64,000 nucleotides of DNA from Macrostomum hystrix (Eukaryota; Animalia; Platyhelminthes). The stretch spans positions 1,550,001 to 1,614,000 of the forward strand of contig CATNEN010000007.1 of the NCBI GenBank assembly GCA_950097015.1, written 5' to 3'. This document shows, piece after piece, positions 1-11,071 of the stretch; positions within the stretch are counted from its first letter, which is position 1; each line of letters opens with the position of its first letter. The notes under the pieces are model-generated. The model had not been told where the DNA came from, searched no databases, and saw only the letters and a program-made list of their open reading frames with translations. The translations under genes were made by a program, and so were the position numbers.

Positions 1-403
1 CAGGCTAAGAGGCAGTAGAAGGCAGAGGAGAACAGACATGAGCCTGCAATGCGATCTACTGCCGCAGAGGATGGCATTCTCAATGGGACCCTGAGAAAAA
101 AACCCTACTAAAAGCGGAGAAATCTGAGAAGCAAGCAACCATAAGTACGCCAAGAAACGTCAAGCAGCTGTCGTTTCCTTCGCCCATCTCTCCATCAAGC
201 TCTTCCCAATTTCGCTGGGAGTAAATTGAGAGACAGACGGAGAGAAAGTCAAGAAATTCAGGCAAACTTTGAGACTTGAGGTGTAGGCCGTCATCCAGGG
301 GGGGGGTCATAAAATCGATAAGCTGTTCTTCTGTGAGAGATTTGAGCTGTTTTTTGGTCCAAATGGTGTTTCTCAAAGGTCAGCAAAACCTTAATCTCTT
401 GCC

Positions 404-805
404 TTTCGCTTGCTCTCCTCGCGACTTCCGCCTCCGCCACCGCCGCTGCCACCGCCGGCGACGCCGACTGTTCCGCAGGCGTCGAGTTGTACAGGCTCCG
501 GTCTGACCAACGCCAGAACGATGGCGCAGGAGGTGTAAGCCACCACCAGCAGTGGGCACAGGAATAGCAGCACGAAGGAGGACAGGACGTAGACGTTGCG
601 TCCGATTCTATCGAAATTGTCCAGGCAGTGCTGATTGCGCATCTCGCCGTACTGGCTGACGCTGTAGAAGGGCGTCGGCTGGGCGTGCAGCGCCTGCACC
701 AGGCAGAAGGCGCTTGGCACCGCCCAGGTCAGCAGGATGAACAGGCGGGTGCGGCGGTTCGATTGGAACAGGCGACTCCGCAGTGGATGAACAATGGCCA
801 GAAAG
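404..805 (-). CDS. Same GPCR, exon with ICL2-TM4-ECL2-TM5-ICL3
   Basis: Acceptor cccag|C completes E-R-F, then FLAIVHPLRSR, LLTWAVP, the ECL2 Cys and FLCPLLVVAYTS. The 3' boundary is uncertain (possible GC donor after KRK). TM6/7 not identified in the window. Confidence 0.8.
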
Positions 806-889
806 CTGGGTGCAGGTTTGGTGGAGGTTTTTGGAATTCTATCTCTTCTGGTGCGATTTTAATGAGAGATTGTAACTTCTTACTGCGCA

Positions 890-1675
890 CAGTTGGGGTA
901 GGAGTTTTGGAGGTTTTATGAGATGTTTGCGGTGGGGTAAGAGTTTTGCGGAGTTGTGTGCAGTGGGGGTAGGAGTTTTGGGGGTTGTGTGCAGTGGGGA
1001 TAGCAGTTTTGGGGGTTGTGTACAGTGGGGGTAGGAGTTTTGGGGGTTGTGTGCAGTGGGGGTAGGAGTTTTGGGGGTTGTATGCAGTGGGGATAGGAGT
1101 TTTGGGGGTTGTGTGCAGTGGGGGTAGGAGTTTTGGGGTTGTGTGCAGTGGGGATAGGAGTTTTGGGGGTTGTGTGCAGTGGGGATAGGAGTTTTGGGGG
1201 TTGTGTGCAGTGGGGGTAGGAGTTTTGGGGGTTGTGTGCAGTGGGGATAGGAGTTTTGGGGGTTGTGTGCAGTGGGGGTAGGAGTTTTGGAGGTTTTATG
1301 AGATGTTTGCGGTGGGGTAAGAGTTTTGCGGAATTGTGTGAAGTGGGGGTAGGAGTTTTGGGGGTTGTGTGTGCAGTGGGGGTAGGAGTTTTGGGGGTTG
1401 TGTGTGCAGTGGGGGTAGGAGTTTGGGGTTGTGTGCAGTGGGGGTAGGAGTTTGGGGTTGTGTGCAGTGGGGATAGGAGTTTTGGGGGTTGTGTGCAGTG
1501 GGGATAGGAGTTTTGGGGGTTGTGTGCAGTGGGGGGTAGGAGTTTTGGGGTTGTTTGCAGTGGGGGTAGGAGTTTTGGGGTATTGTGTGCAGTGGGGGTA
1601 GGAGTTTTGGGGTATTGTGTGCAGTGGGTGTAGGAGTTTTGGGTGTTGTTGCAGTGGGCTAGGATTTATGGGGTT
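890..1675. repeat. G-rich ~31-bp minisatellite in the GPCR intron
   Basis: Unit GTGTGCAGTGGGGGTAGGAGTTTTGGGGGTT. Confidence 0.9.
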
Positions 1676-2334
1676 GCTTAAAGTGCACAGTATAGAAGAG
1701 TTTTCAGGGTCAGTTTGCAGTGAGCACAACCGATTGAATTTAGTCAGCAAAATATTTTCATAAAGGAAACGATTGCACTATAAGGATTAAGCAAAAATTT
1801 GAATCTCAAATAAAATAAATAGTGAATGGTGTGAGACTGCGCATTTGCAACCAGCCAATTTAAGTCATTAGCACTTGCAACAAGCGAATGGTCCGCTTGA
1901 GGGCCAGACCAAGGGGATAATAAAACTTATCCCATAAATCCCAAAGCTCCCAATCGACACAAGGCCTCAGTAAATCACTCAGAGTTAGCAGAGCAGCTCT
2001 GCCAGTCTAGCTGCTTCAAATTAGACGCAACTGGGAGCTAAATCCCGAATTCCCTTTGTAAATTTCCCCATCTTAAAAGCTGACGGCCTCCTTCGGCACC
2101 TGCCCTCGAGGCGTCTCCCATTGGCAATATCTGATTCGCCTCGCATTATAATTGATTTGCACTGGAACACTATGGAAAAGGAAGTTAACCTGACGCACTT
2201 CCCTTTGAGTTTTCCGCTAATTCTCTGTGAAGGTGTCAATCACTGGCGGCTTTAGAGCTCTAAGATGACTTTCGAAAAAACTCGAATCATTTTTACATTT
2301 TTACTCGATCTCAATTATTGCCACCCTACAGTCC

Positions 2335-2710
2335 CTCCCCCACCTGAAGTCACTCCGCTAACGGAAGTCACTCCCCAACCTGAAGTCTCATCCCTAACGG
2401 AAGTCACTCCCCAACCTGAAGTCTCATCCCTAACTGAAGTCACTCCCTCACCTGAAGTCACATCCGAACCTGAAGTCGCTCCCCCACCTGAAGTCACTCC
2501 GCTACCTACCGGAAGTCACTCCGCTACCTACCGGAAGTCACTCCGCTACCTACCGGAAGTCACTCCGCTACCTACCGGAAGTCACTCCGCTACCTACCGG
2601 AAGTCACTCCGCTACCTACCGGAAGTCACTCCGCTACCTACCGGAAGTCACTCCGCTACCTACCGGAAGTCACTCCCCCACCTGAAGTCACTTCCCCACC
2701 TGAAGTCTCT
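2335..2710. repeat. GAAGTCACTCC-based minisatellite (30-bp then 22-bp units)
   Basis: The 22-bp unit GGAAGTCACTCCGCTACCTACC occurs 8 times. Confidence 0.9.
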
Positions 2711-2742
2711 CCCAGACAGGTGCCGGTACCCGCAGGGCTTAC

Positions 2743-3128
2743 CGTTCGATGCAGATTGCCACCAGTGTCAGCAGGCTGGTGAACACCAGCAGCATGAGGA
2801 AGAAGCTGAGCAATGCGCAGCCAATCTGGTTGAAGACGGCTGCAGCCATCCAGCATGGACCCATGAGCTGCAGGCCCTTAAACGGCACAACAACAACTGA
2901 TGCCAGCAGATCAGTGATGGCCAGATTGAGAATGTACCAGTTAGTAGCGGTGTGCATAGCCCTATTGGCACACACTGTTATCACTACCAGCAGGTTGCCA
3001 GCAAACATAAGCAGGCCCACAGTGGTCCAAGCCGCAATTAACACGCCTCTTAGCGGTGTCCAGTGCAGCAGGTCCGTGTAATTGGTTGGCTGAACTACCA
3101 GACAGTTGGCCGGCTGCTGTTGCATCAT
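2743..3128 (-). CDS. Rhodopsin-class (neuropeptide-type) GPCR, coding exon with TM1-TM3
   Basis: Contains an NYT sequon, GNLLVV (TM1), NLAITDLL (TM2) and ends AICIE-R at the phase-2 donor CG|GTAAGC. Start taken as the ATG at 3128; an upstream exon is possible. Confidence 0.85.
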
Positions 3129-3366
3129 CCAGCATTGATTAGTTGATCTCCTGCAAGTCTCGGATGGGAACTGTTTTGGCCTTGGTAACAGGGCGCCCGA
3201 TAGCACTGAGGATTTTTATGTGGGACAGACGACCCCTGCCTATGGCCCAGGATCAGATAGGTGGCGCCCATTGGTTAATAAATCCCATTTGCCAGTTTTC
3301 CAAACGGGATTTGACGAGATGAGAAACTTTTGGGAGCTGGGATTTTTAAGAAAGGTTGACGGGAAA

Positions 3367-4125
3367 TCTACCACTCTCTCCCATCTACCACTCTCTCCCA
3401 TCTACCACTCTCTCCCATCTACCACTCTCTCCCATCTACCACTCTCTCCCATCTACCACTCTCTCCCATCTACCACTCTCTCCCATCTACCACTCTCTCC
3501 CATCTACCACTCTCTCCCATCTACCACTCTCTCCCATCTACTCTCTCCCATCTACCACTCTCTCCCATCTGCCACTCTCTCCCATCTACTCTCTCCCATC
3601 TACCACTCTCTCCCATCTACCACTCTCTCCCATCTACCACTCTCTCCCATCTGCCACTCTCTCCCATCTACCACTCTCTCCCATCTACCACTCTCTCCCA
3701 TCTGCCACTCTCTCCCATCTGCCACTCTCTCCCATCTACCACTCTCTCCCATCTACCACTCTCTCCCATCTGCCACTCTCTCCCATCTGCCACTCTCTCC
3801 CATCTACCACTCTCTCCTATCTACCACTCTCTCTCCCATCTACCACTCTCTCCCATCTGCTCTCTCCCATCTACCACTCTCTCCCATCTGCTCTCTCCCA
3901 TCTACCACTCTCTCCCATCTGCCACTCTCTCCCATCTGCCACTCTCTCCCATCTACCACTCTCTCACATCTACCGCTCTCTCCCATCTGCTCTCTCCCAT
4001 CTACCACTCTCTCCCATCTACCACTCTCTCCCATCTACCACTCTCTCCCATCTACCACTCTCGCCCATCTACCACTCTCTCCCATCTACCACTCTCTCCC
4101 ATCTACCACTCTCTCCCATCTACCA
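3367..4125. repeat. 17-bp pyrimidine-rich minisatellite
   Basis: Unit CTACCACTCTCTCCCAT; resumes at ~4511-4550. Confidence 0.9.
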
Positions 4126-4257
4126 CAGTGTCCTCTTTCCTCTCTCCCGCTCTCTCTCTCCCTCTCTCCCTCTCTCTCAGGCCAGCACCGGCGTCTCGTA
4201 CGACCGAGTCAGTGCCACGGAGTTGAGTGAGTATGGATTGAGTTGCGGGGCGCTGCC

Positions 4258-4434
4258 GAATCGATTACGATATGTTGAGATTGAAAGCTGGATTTGAACA
4301 AGCGCCTATAGCCTAATGGCTAGAGCGCTAGGCTAGACTCTACTGATGAGCTCCAATAAGAGCGAAACGCGTCTGGAGTTGCCTTGGTTCGAATCCTGAT
4401 TTCAATTTTTTTCGATACATATCGGAACCGATTC
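4258..4434 (+). mobile_element. tRNA-like Pol III SINE/retrozyme-type cassette carrying the hammerhead
   Basis: A-box TAGCCTAATGG (4309-4319), B-box GGTTCGAATCC (4386-4396), T7 run (4406-4412) and complementary outer arms. Confidence 0.6.
4330..4384 (+). ncRNA. Type I hammerhead ribozyme
   Basis: Stem I CUCUA/UGGAG extended by AGGC/GCCU; core CUGAUGA (4343-4349); stem II GCUC-CAAUAA-GAGC; GAAA; minimal palindromic stem III (ACGCGU); GUC cleavage triplet at 4371-4373. Confidence 0.85.
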
Positions 4435-4887
4435 CAACATTAGATTTTTGAAATTCAATGGGCAGTGTCCTCTCTCCTCTCTCCCGCTCTCTCTCTCTCC
4501 CTCTCTCCCTCTCCCATCTACCACTCTCTCCCATCTACCACTCTCTCCCTCCACAACTCAATGAGTCTACTTAACTGGCATTTGGCCGCCCATTTACAGA
4601 AAAATTGCTCACTTTTGTCATTTGTGAACAAGAACCCCATAATTACCACAATTTATTTGCACTTCAGCCGGGAAAAATTCTACTTCTAGACAAGACCAAA
4701 TGCAGTCTGGCGGGTATTCTAAGTGGTTAATTTATTTGAGTACCTACGAGTAGTTAAGTGTTTTGTTTAACCGCTGACTTGCCTGCAGAGACCGTTCCTG
4801 TCAATTAGCGCTGCTCTGCCTCAGCCTGCGGAGCTCATGCTCACACCCAGGCCTGATTCTATTATCGGATCTGGGAGAAGGGAATTT

Positions 4888-4901
4888 GTTGCCATGGCAA
4901 C
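4888..4901. promoter_or_regulatory. RFX X-box, perfect palindrome GTTGCCATGGCAAC
   Basis: Exact consensus X-box ~1.8 kb upstream of the GPCR coding start. Confidence 0.5.
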
Positions 4902-5089
4902 TAATAAATTCTGCCGCTATCGTCACCCAGAATTATAGAGAGGGTAGGAAAGAAATCTAAGAAGGTTTAAACCATGTTTAAGGGTGCCCCAGTATTAAAG
5001 AATTATGGATGAGTAGAGTAAACAGGATTGATGGGATGAGGGATTTAAAATGCCAAACTAGAAGAGATTAAGAAGCTGGGAATGAAGAA

Positions 5090-5270
5090 CAGGGAATGAA
5101 CAGGGAATGAAGAAAAATGAATGAAGAATAGGGAATGAACAGGGACTGAACGGGGAGTGAAGAATGTGGAATGAACAGGGAGTGAAGAACACGGAATGAA
5201 CAGTGAATGAAGAACACGGAATGAACAGTGAATGAAGAACAGGGAATGAACAGGGAATGAAGAACAGATT
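5090..5270. repeat. Purine-rich minisatellite
   Basis: AATGAAGAACAGGGAATGAACAGGG-like units. Confidence 0.8.
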
Positions 5271-5756
5271 GAACAACACTGGACGAACACTGGTGCTTTG
5301 GCATTTGGCTTTGAGCAGGGTAGCAAGCCAATGGCTTTTGTGACCAGCTCGTCGGCAGCGGAGGGGTTGATCGTCTATAATTTATTCCCATCCGTAGGGG
5401 ATTTTTTAGGGGATTTGATCGTTCATGGATGGGCTTTATCCACGGCAATCCCCAATCTTTATGGGCTTCTCGTGAAGAAACAACAGGAAAGCCCGTGTCT
5501 CTGTGGCTCTATTGCAGAGGCTGGATGGCTTCGAGAAGAAAATCTGCAACGCTGCCATGCCCCGCTCATGCACAATGAAGTTTCACGCTAAAGTGCAACT
5601 GAGTTTGGCTGAGACTAGACTCTCCAAATTACGCAGCAGCAGCAGTAACAGCAGAAATTTATTAGATTCAACAACGATTGATGGGTTTTTATTAACTTTG
5701 CATTTGTTTGGCATTTTGTCTTTAATGCATGTCTTTTTATTCATTTGTCTTCCTGC

Positions 5757-5841
5757 ATCTGTCTGTTTGTCTGTCTGTCTGTCTGTGCTGGGTGTCTGTC
5801 TGTTTTTCTGTCTGTCTGTCTGTCTGTCTGTCTGTGCTGGG

Positions 5842-5872
<31 letters not shown>

Positions 5873-5878
5873 GCTGGG

Positions 5879-5921
<43 letters not shown>

Positions 5922-6012
5922 GCTGGGTGTCTGTCTGTCTGTCTGTGCTGGGTGTCTGTCTGTCTGTCTGTGCTGGGTGTCTGTCTGTCTGTGCTGGGTG
6001 TCTGTCTGTTTT

Positions 6013-6049
<37 letters not shown>

Positions 6050-6105
6050 GCTGGGTGTCTGTCTGTCTGTCTGTGCTGGGTGTCTGTCTGTCTGTCTGTG
6101 CTGGG

Positions 6106-6136
<31 letters not shown>

Positions 6137-6156
6137 GCTGGGTGTCTGTCTGTTTT

Positions 6157-6195
<39 letters not shown>

Positions 6196-6224
6196 TTCTG
6201 TCTGTCTGTCTGTCTGTCTGTTTT

Positions 6225-6293
<69 letters not shown>

Positions 6294-6328
6294 TTTTCTG
6301 TCTGTCTGTCTGTCTGTCTGTCTTTTTT

Positions 6329-6369
<41 letters not shown>

Positions 6370-6408
6370 TTTTCTGTCTGTCTGTCTGTCTGTCCGTCTG
6401 TCTGTTTT

Positions 6409-6439
<31 letters not shown>

Positions 6440-6478
6440 GTCTGTCTGTCTGTCTGTCTATCAATATGTCTGTCTGCG
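5757..6478. repeat. (TCTG)n microsatellite with TGCTGGGTG interruptions
   Basis: Direct reading of the sequence. Confidence 0.95.
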
Positions 6479-7451
6479 TCTTCTATTAAAAAATTCTTTC
6501 GTGTTCTTATTTTTAGACCAAAACAGAAATGTTTAGGAACACATTAACAGACTAACATAACATTTCTTCAAAAAGTCCTCTCGAGTGTAATAACAAAGTG
6601 CACCAATGCCAAAATTTACTTTGAAATTCGAGCAGAAGGCGACCAAATGATTAAAAGTGTAATGGATCTGAGCCCAAAATGCCAAACTTATTATTTAAAG
6701 AGATGCGAGAAATTTGAGCCACTCATTAGTCCAACTGAAATAAATTTAAGCCTGAGCAATTAAAACAAACCATTGCGTTTTTCAGAATTTACATCTCGTC
6801 ATAATACGTTAGATATAATGTATAGCATATAGTAGTATTGTAGTTCTAACAACTGCGCAGCAGCAGCAACTGATCGTTATTGATTGACCCTTGCATCACA
6901 ATCTACTGAGACGGGATATGTGATGAAGATAAAAAATATTTCTCCCGTCCCGGAGGCAGTGGGCAGCAACAAGGCTTATTGATTTTATTAGAGTTAGTAA
7001 CCCAGCCCGCCAGATGAGATTATGACGGGACTAAGGCTGCTCCGGCGAGGCCATCAGCGACCTGTCATGGAGAGAGGCTGCTGCTGCTGCTGTGAGAGGT
7101 GCCGCTGAAAGATCAAACCCCCCTCCGCTTGGACAAAGAGAGGGAAGGAGAGAGTGCGTCCGATCGACTAAATTAATCATTGACGAAGTAATGATTGGCT
7201 AAGCAGGTAATGAGTTACTGAATTGCTGGGCGAGTGTGTGAATAAGGTGAGCGACTGATGGCTTGATTGATTGACGGGTTGATTAACGAATCGATTGATT
7301 GATGAATTGTTTAAATGATTGACTGATGGGTTGATCGCATAATTGACTGATAAGTTGGTTAACTGATTGATGGGTTGATTGGTTGATTGATTGATGAATG
7401 GGTTGAGTGAATGAGTGAATGAGTGAATGAGCCAGCCGGTGGGTGGCAGAG

Positions 7452-10400
7452 TAAGAGTGAATGTGAATAACATGTGACGGTGAGTTAGAGTGAATGTGAA
7501 CAATATGTGACGGTGAGTTAGAGTGAATGTGAGCAACATGTGACGGTGAGTTAGAGTGAATGTGAACAACATGTGACGGTGAGTTAGAGTGAATGTGAAC
7601 AACATGTGACGGTGAGTTAGAGTGAATGTGAACAACATGTGACGGTGAGTTAGAGTGAATGTGAGCAACATGTGACGGTGAGTTAGAGTGAATGTGAACA
7701 ACATGTGACGGTGAGTTAGAGTGAATGTGAACAACATGTGACGGTGAGTTAGAGTGAATGTGAGCAACATGTGACGGTGAGTTAGAGTGAATGTGAGCAA
7801 CATGTGACGGTGAGTTAGAGTGAATGTGAACAACATGTGACGGTGAGTTAGAGTGAATGTGAACAACATGTGACGGTGAGTTAGAGTGAATGTGAACAAC
7901 ATGTGACGGTGAGTTAGAGTGAATGTGAGCAACATGTGACGGTGAGTTAGAGTGAATGTGAACAACATGTGACGGTGAGTTAGAGTGAATGTGAACAACA
8001 TGTGACGGTGAGTTAGAGTGAATGTGAGCAACATGTGACGGTGAGTTAGAGTGAATGTGAGCAACATGTGACGGTGAGTTAGAGTGAATGTGAACAACAT
8101 GTGACGGTGAGTTAGAGTGAATGTGAACAACATGTGACGGTGAGTTAGAGTGAATGTGAACAACATGTGACGGTGAGTTAGAGTGAATGTGAACAACATG
8201 TGACGGTGAGTTAGAGTGAATGTGAACAACATGTGACGGTGAGTTAGAGTAAATGTGAACAACATGTGACGGTGAGTTAGAGTGAATGTGAACAACATGT
8301 GACGGTGAGTTAGAGTGAATGTTAACAACATGTGACGGTGAGTTAGAGTGAATGTGAACAATATGTGACGGTGAGTTAGAGTGAATGTTAACAACATGTG
8401 ACGGTGAGTTAGAGTGAATGTGAGCAACATGTGACGGTGAGTTAGAGTGAATGTGAACAACATGTGACGGTGAGTTAGAGTGAATGTGAACAACATGTGA
8501 CGGTGAGTTAGAGTGAACGTTAACAACATGTGACGGTGAGTTAGAGTGAATGTGAACAACATGTGACGGTGAGTTAGAGTGAATGTGAACAATATGTGAC
8601 GGTGAGTTAGAGTGAATGTTAACAACATGTGACGGTGAGTTAGAGTGAATGTGAGCAACATGTGACGGTGAGTTAGAGTGAATGTGAACAACATGTGACG
8701 GTGAGTTAGAGTGAATGTGAACAACATGTGACGGTGAGTTAGAGTGAACGTTAACAACATGTGACGGTGAGTTAGAGTGAATGTGAACAACATGTGACGG
8801 TGAGTTAGAGTGAATGTGAACAATATGTGACGGTGAGTTAGAGTGAATGTTAACAACATGTGACGGTGAGTTAGAGTGAATGTGAGCAACATGTGACGGT
8901 GAGTTAGAGTGAATGTGAGCAACATGTGACGGTGAGTTAGAGTGAATGTGAGCAACATGTGACGGTGAGTTAGAGTGAATGTGAACAACATGTGACGGTG
9001 AGTTAGAGTGAATGTGAACAACATGTGACGGTGAGTTAGAGTGAATGTGAGCAACATGTGACGGTGAGTTAGAGTGAATGTGAACAACATGTGACGGTGA
9101 GTTAGAGTGAATGTGAACAACATGTGACGGTGAGTTAGAGTGAATGTGAACAATATGTCACGGTGAGTTAGAGTGAATGTTAACAACATGTGACGGTGAG
9201 TTAGAGTGAATGTGAGCAACATGTGACGGTGAGTTAGAGTGAATGTGAACAACATGTGACGGTGAGTTAGAGTGAATGTGAACAACATGTGACGGTGAGT
9301 TAGAGTGAATGTTAACAACATGTGACGGTGAGTTAGAGTGAATGTGAACAACATGTGACGGTGAGTTAGAGTGAATGTGAACAACATGTGACGGTGAGTT
9401 AGAGTGAATGTGAACAACATGTGACGGTGAGTTAGAGTGAATGTGAAGCAACATGTGACGGTGAGTTAGAGTGAATGTGAGCAACATGTGACGGTGAGTT
9501 AGAGTGAATGTGAACAACATGTGACGGTGAGTTAGAGTGAATGTGAACAACATGTGACGGTGAGTTAGAGTGAATGTGAACAACATGTGACGGTGAGTTA
9601 GAGTGAATGTGAGCAACATGTGACGGTGAGTTAGAGTGAATGTGAACAACATGTGACGGTGAGTTAGAGTGAATGTGAACAACATGTGACGGTGAGTTAG
9701 AGTGAATGTGAACAACATGTGACGGTGAGTTAGAGTGAATGTGAGCAACATGTGACGGTGAGTTAGAGTGAATGTGAACAACATGTGACGGTGAGTTAGA
9801 GTGAATGTGAACAACATGTGACGGTGAGTTAGAGTGAATGTGAACAACATGTGACGGTGAGTTAGAGTGAATGTGAACAACATGTGACGGTGAGTTAGAG
9901 TGAATGTTAACAACATGTGACGGTGAGTTAGAGTGAATGTGAACAACATGTGACGGTGAGTTAGAGTGAATGTGAACAATATGTGACGGTGAGTTAGAGT
10001 GAATGTTAACAACATGTGACGGTGAGTTAGAGTGAATGTGAGCAACATGTGACGGTGAGTTAGAGTGAATGTGAACAACATGTGACGGTGAGTTAGAGTG
10101 AATGTGAACAACATGTGACGGTGAGTTAGAGTGAATGTTAACAACATGTGACGGTGAGTTAGAGTGAATGTGAACAACATGTGACGGTGAGTTAGAGTGA
10201 ATGTGAACAATATGTGACGGTGAGTTAGAGTGAATGTTAACAACATGTGACGGTGAGTTAGAGTGAATGTGAAGCAACATGTGACGGTGAGTTAGAGTGA
10301 ATGTGAGCAACATGTGACGGTGAGTTAGAGTGAATGTGAACAACATGTGACGGTGAGTTAGAGTGAATGTGAACAACATGTGACGGTGAGTTAGAGTGAA

Positions 10401-11071
10401 TGTGAACAACATGTGACGGTGAGTTAGAGTGAATGTGAGCAACATGTGACGGTGAGTTAGAGTGAATGTGAACAACATGTGACGGTGAGTTAGAGTGAAT
10501 GTGAACAACATGTGACGGTGAGTTAGAGTGAATGTGAACAATATGTGACGGTGAGTTAGAGTGAATGTTAACAACATGTGACGGTGAGTTAGAGTGAATG
10601 TGAGCAACATGTGACGGTGAGTTAGAGTGAATGTGAACAACATGTGACGGTGAGTTAGAGTGAATGTGAACAACATGTGACGGTGAGTTAGAGTGAATGT
10701 GAACAACATGTGACGGTGAGTTAGAGTGAATGTGAACAACATGTGACGGTGAGTTAGAGTGAATGTTAACAACATGTGACGGTGAGTTAGAGTGAATGTG
10801 AACAACATGTGACGGTGAGTTAGAGTGAATGTGAACAATATGTGACGGTGAGTTAGAGTGAATGTTAACAACATGTGACGGTGAGTTAGAGTGAATGTGA
10901 ACAACATGTGACGGTGAGTTAGAGTGAATGTTAACAACATGTGACGGTGAGTTAGAGTGAATGTGAGCAACATGTGACGGTGAGTTAGAGTGAATGTGAG
11001 CAACATGTGACGGTGAGTTAGAGTGAATGTGAGCAACATGTGACGGTGAGTTAGAGTGAATGTGAGCAACA
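7452..11071. repeat. 33-bp satellite, ~110 copies
   Basis: Unit GAGTGAATGTGAACAACATGTGACGGTGAGTTA; preceded by a degenerate (GATT)n stretch at ~7245-7435. Confidence 0.97.

Noticed and set aside
1-90. Candidate GPCR TM6 exon after the tttctcag acceptor
   Set aside because: The translation is hydrophobic but lacks a convincing CWxP motif and is cut off by the window edge.
839-6547. Long low-complexity ORFs (839-1750, 2265-2900, 3220-4297, 5503-6547)
   Set aside because: They derive from micro- and minisatellites, open in several frames at once.
5357-7131. ~18-bp inverted match AGCGGAGGGG..TTGATC
   Set aside because: It does not extend and has no TSD; probably chance.
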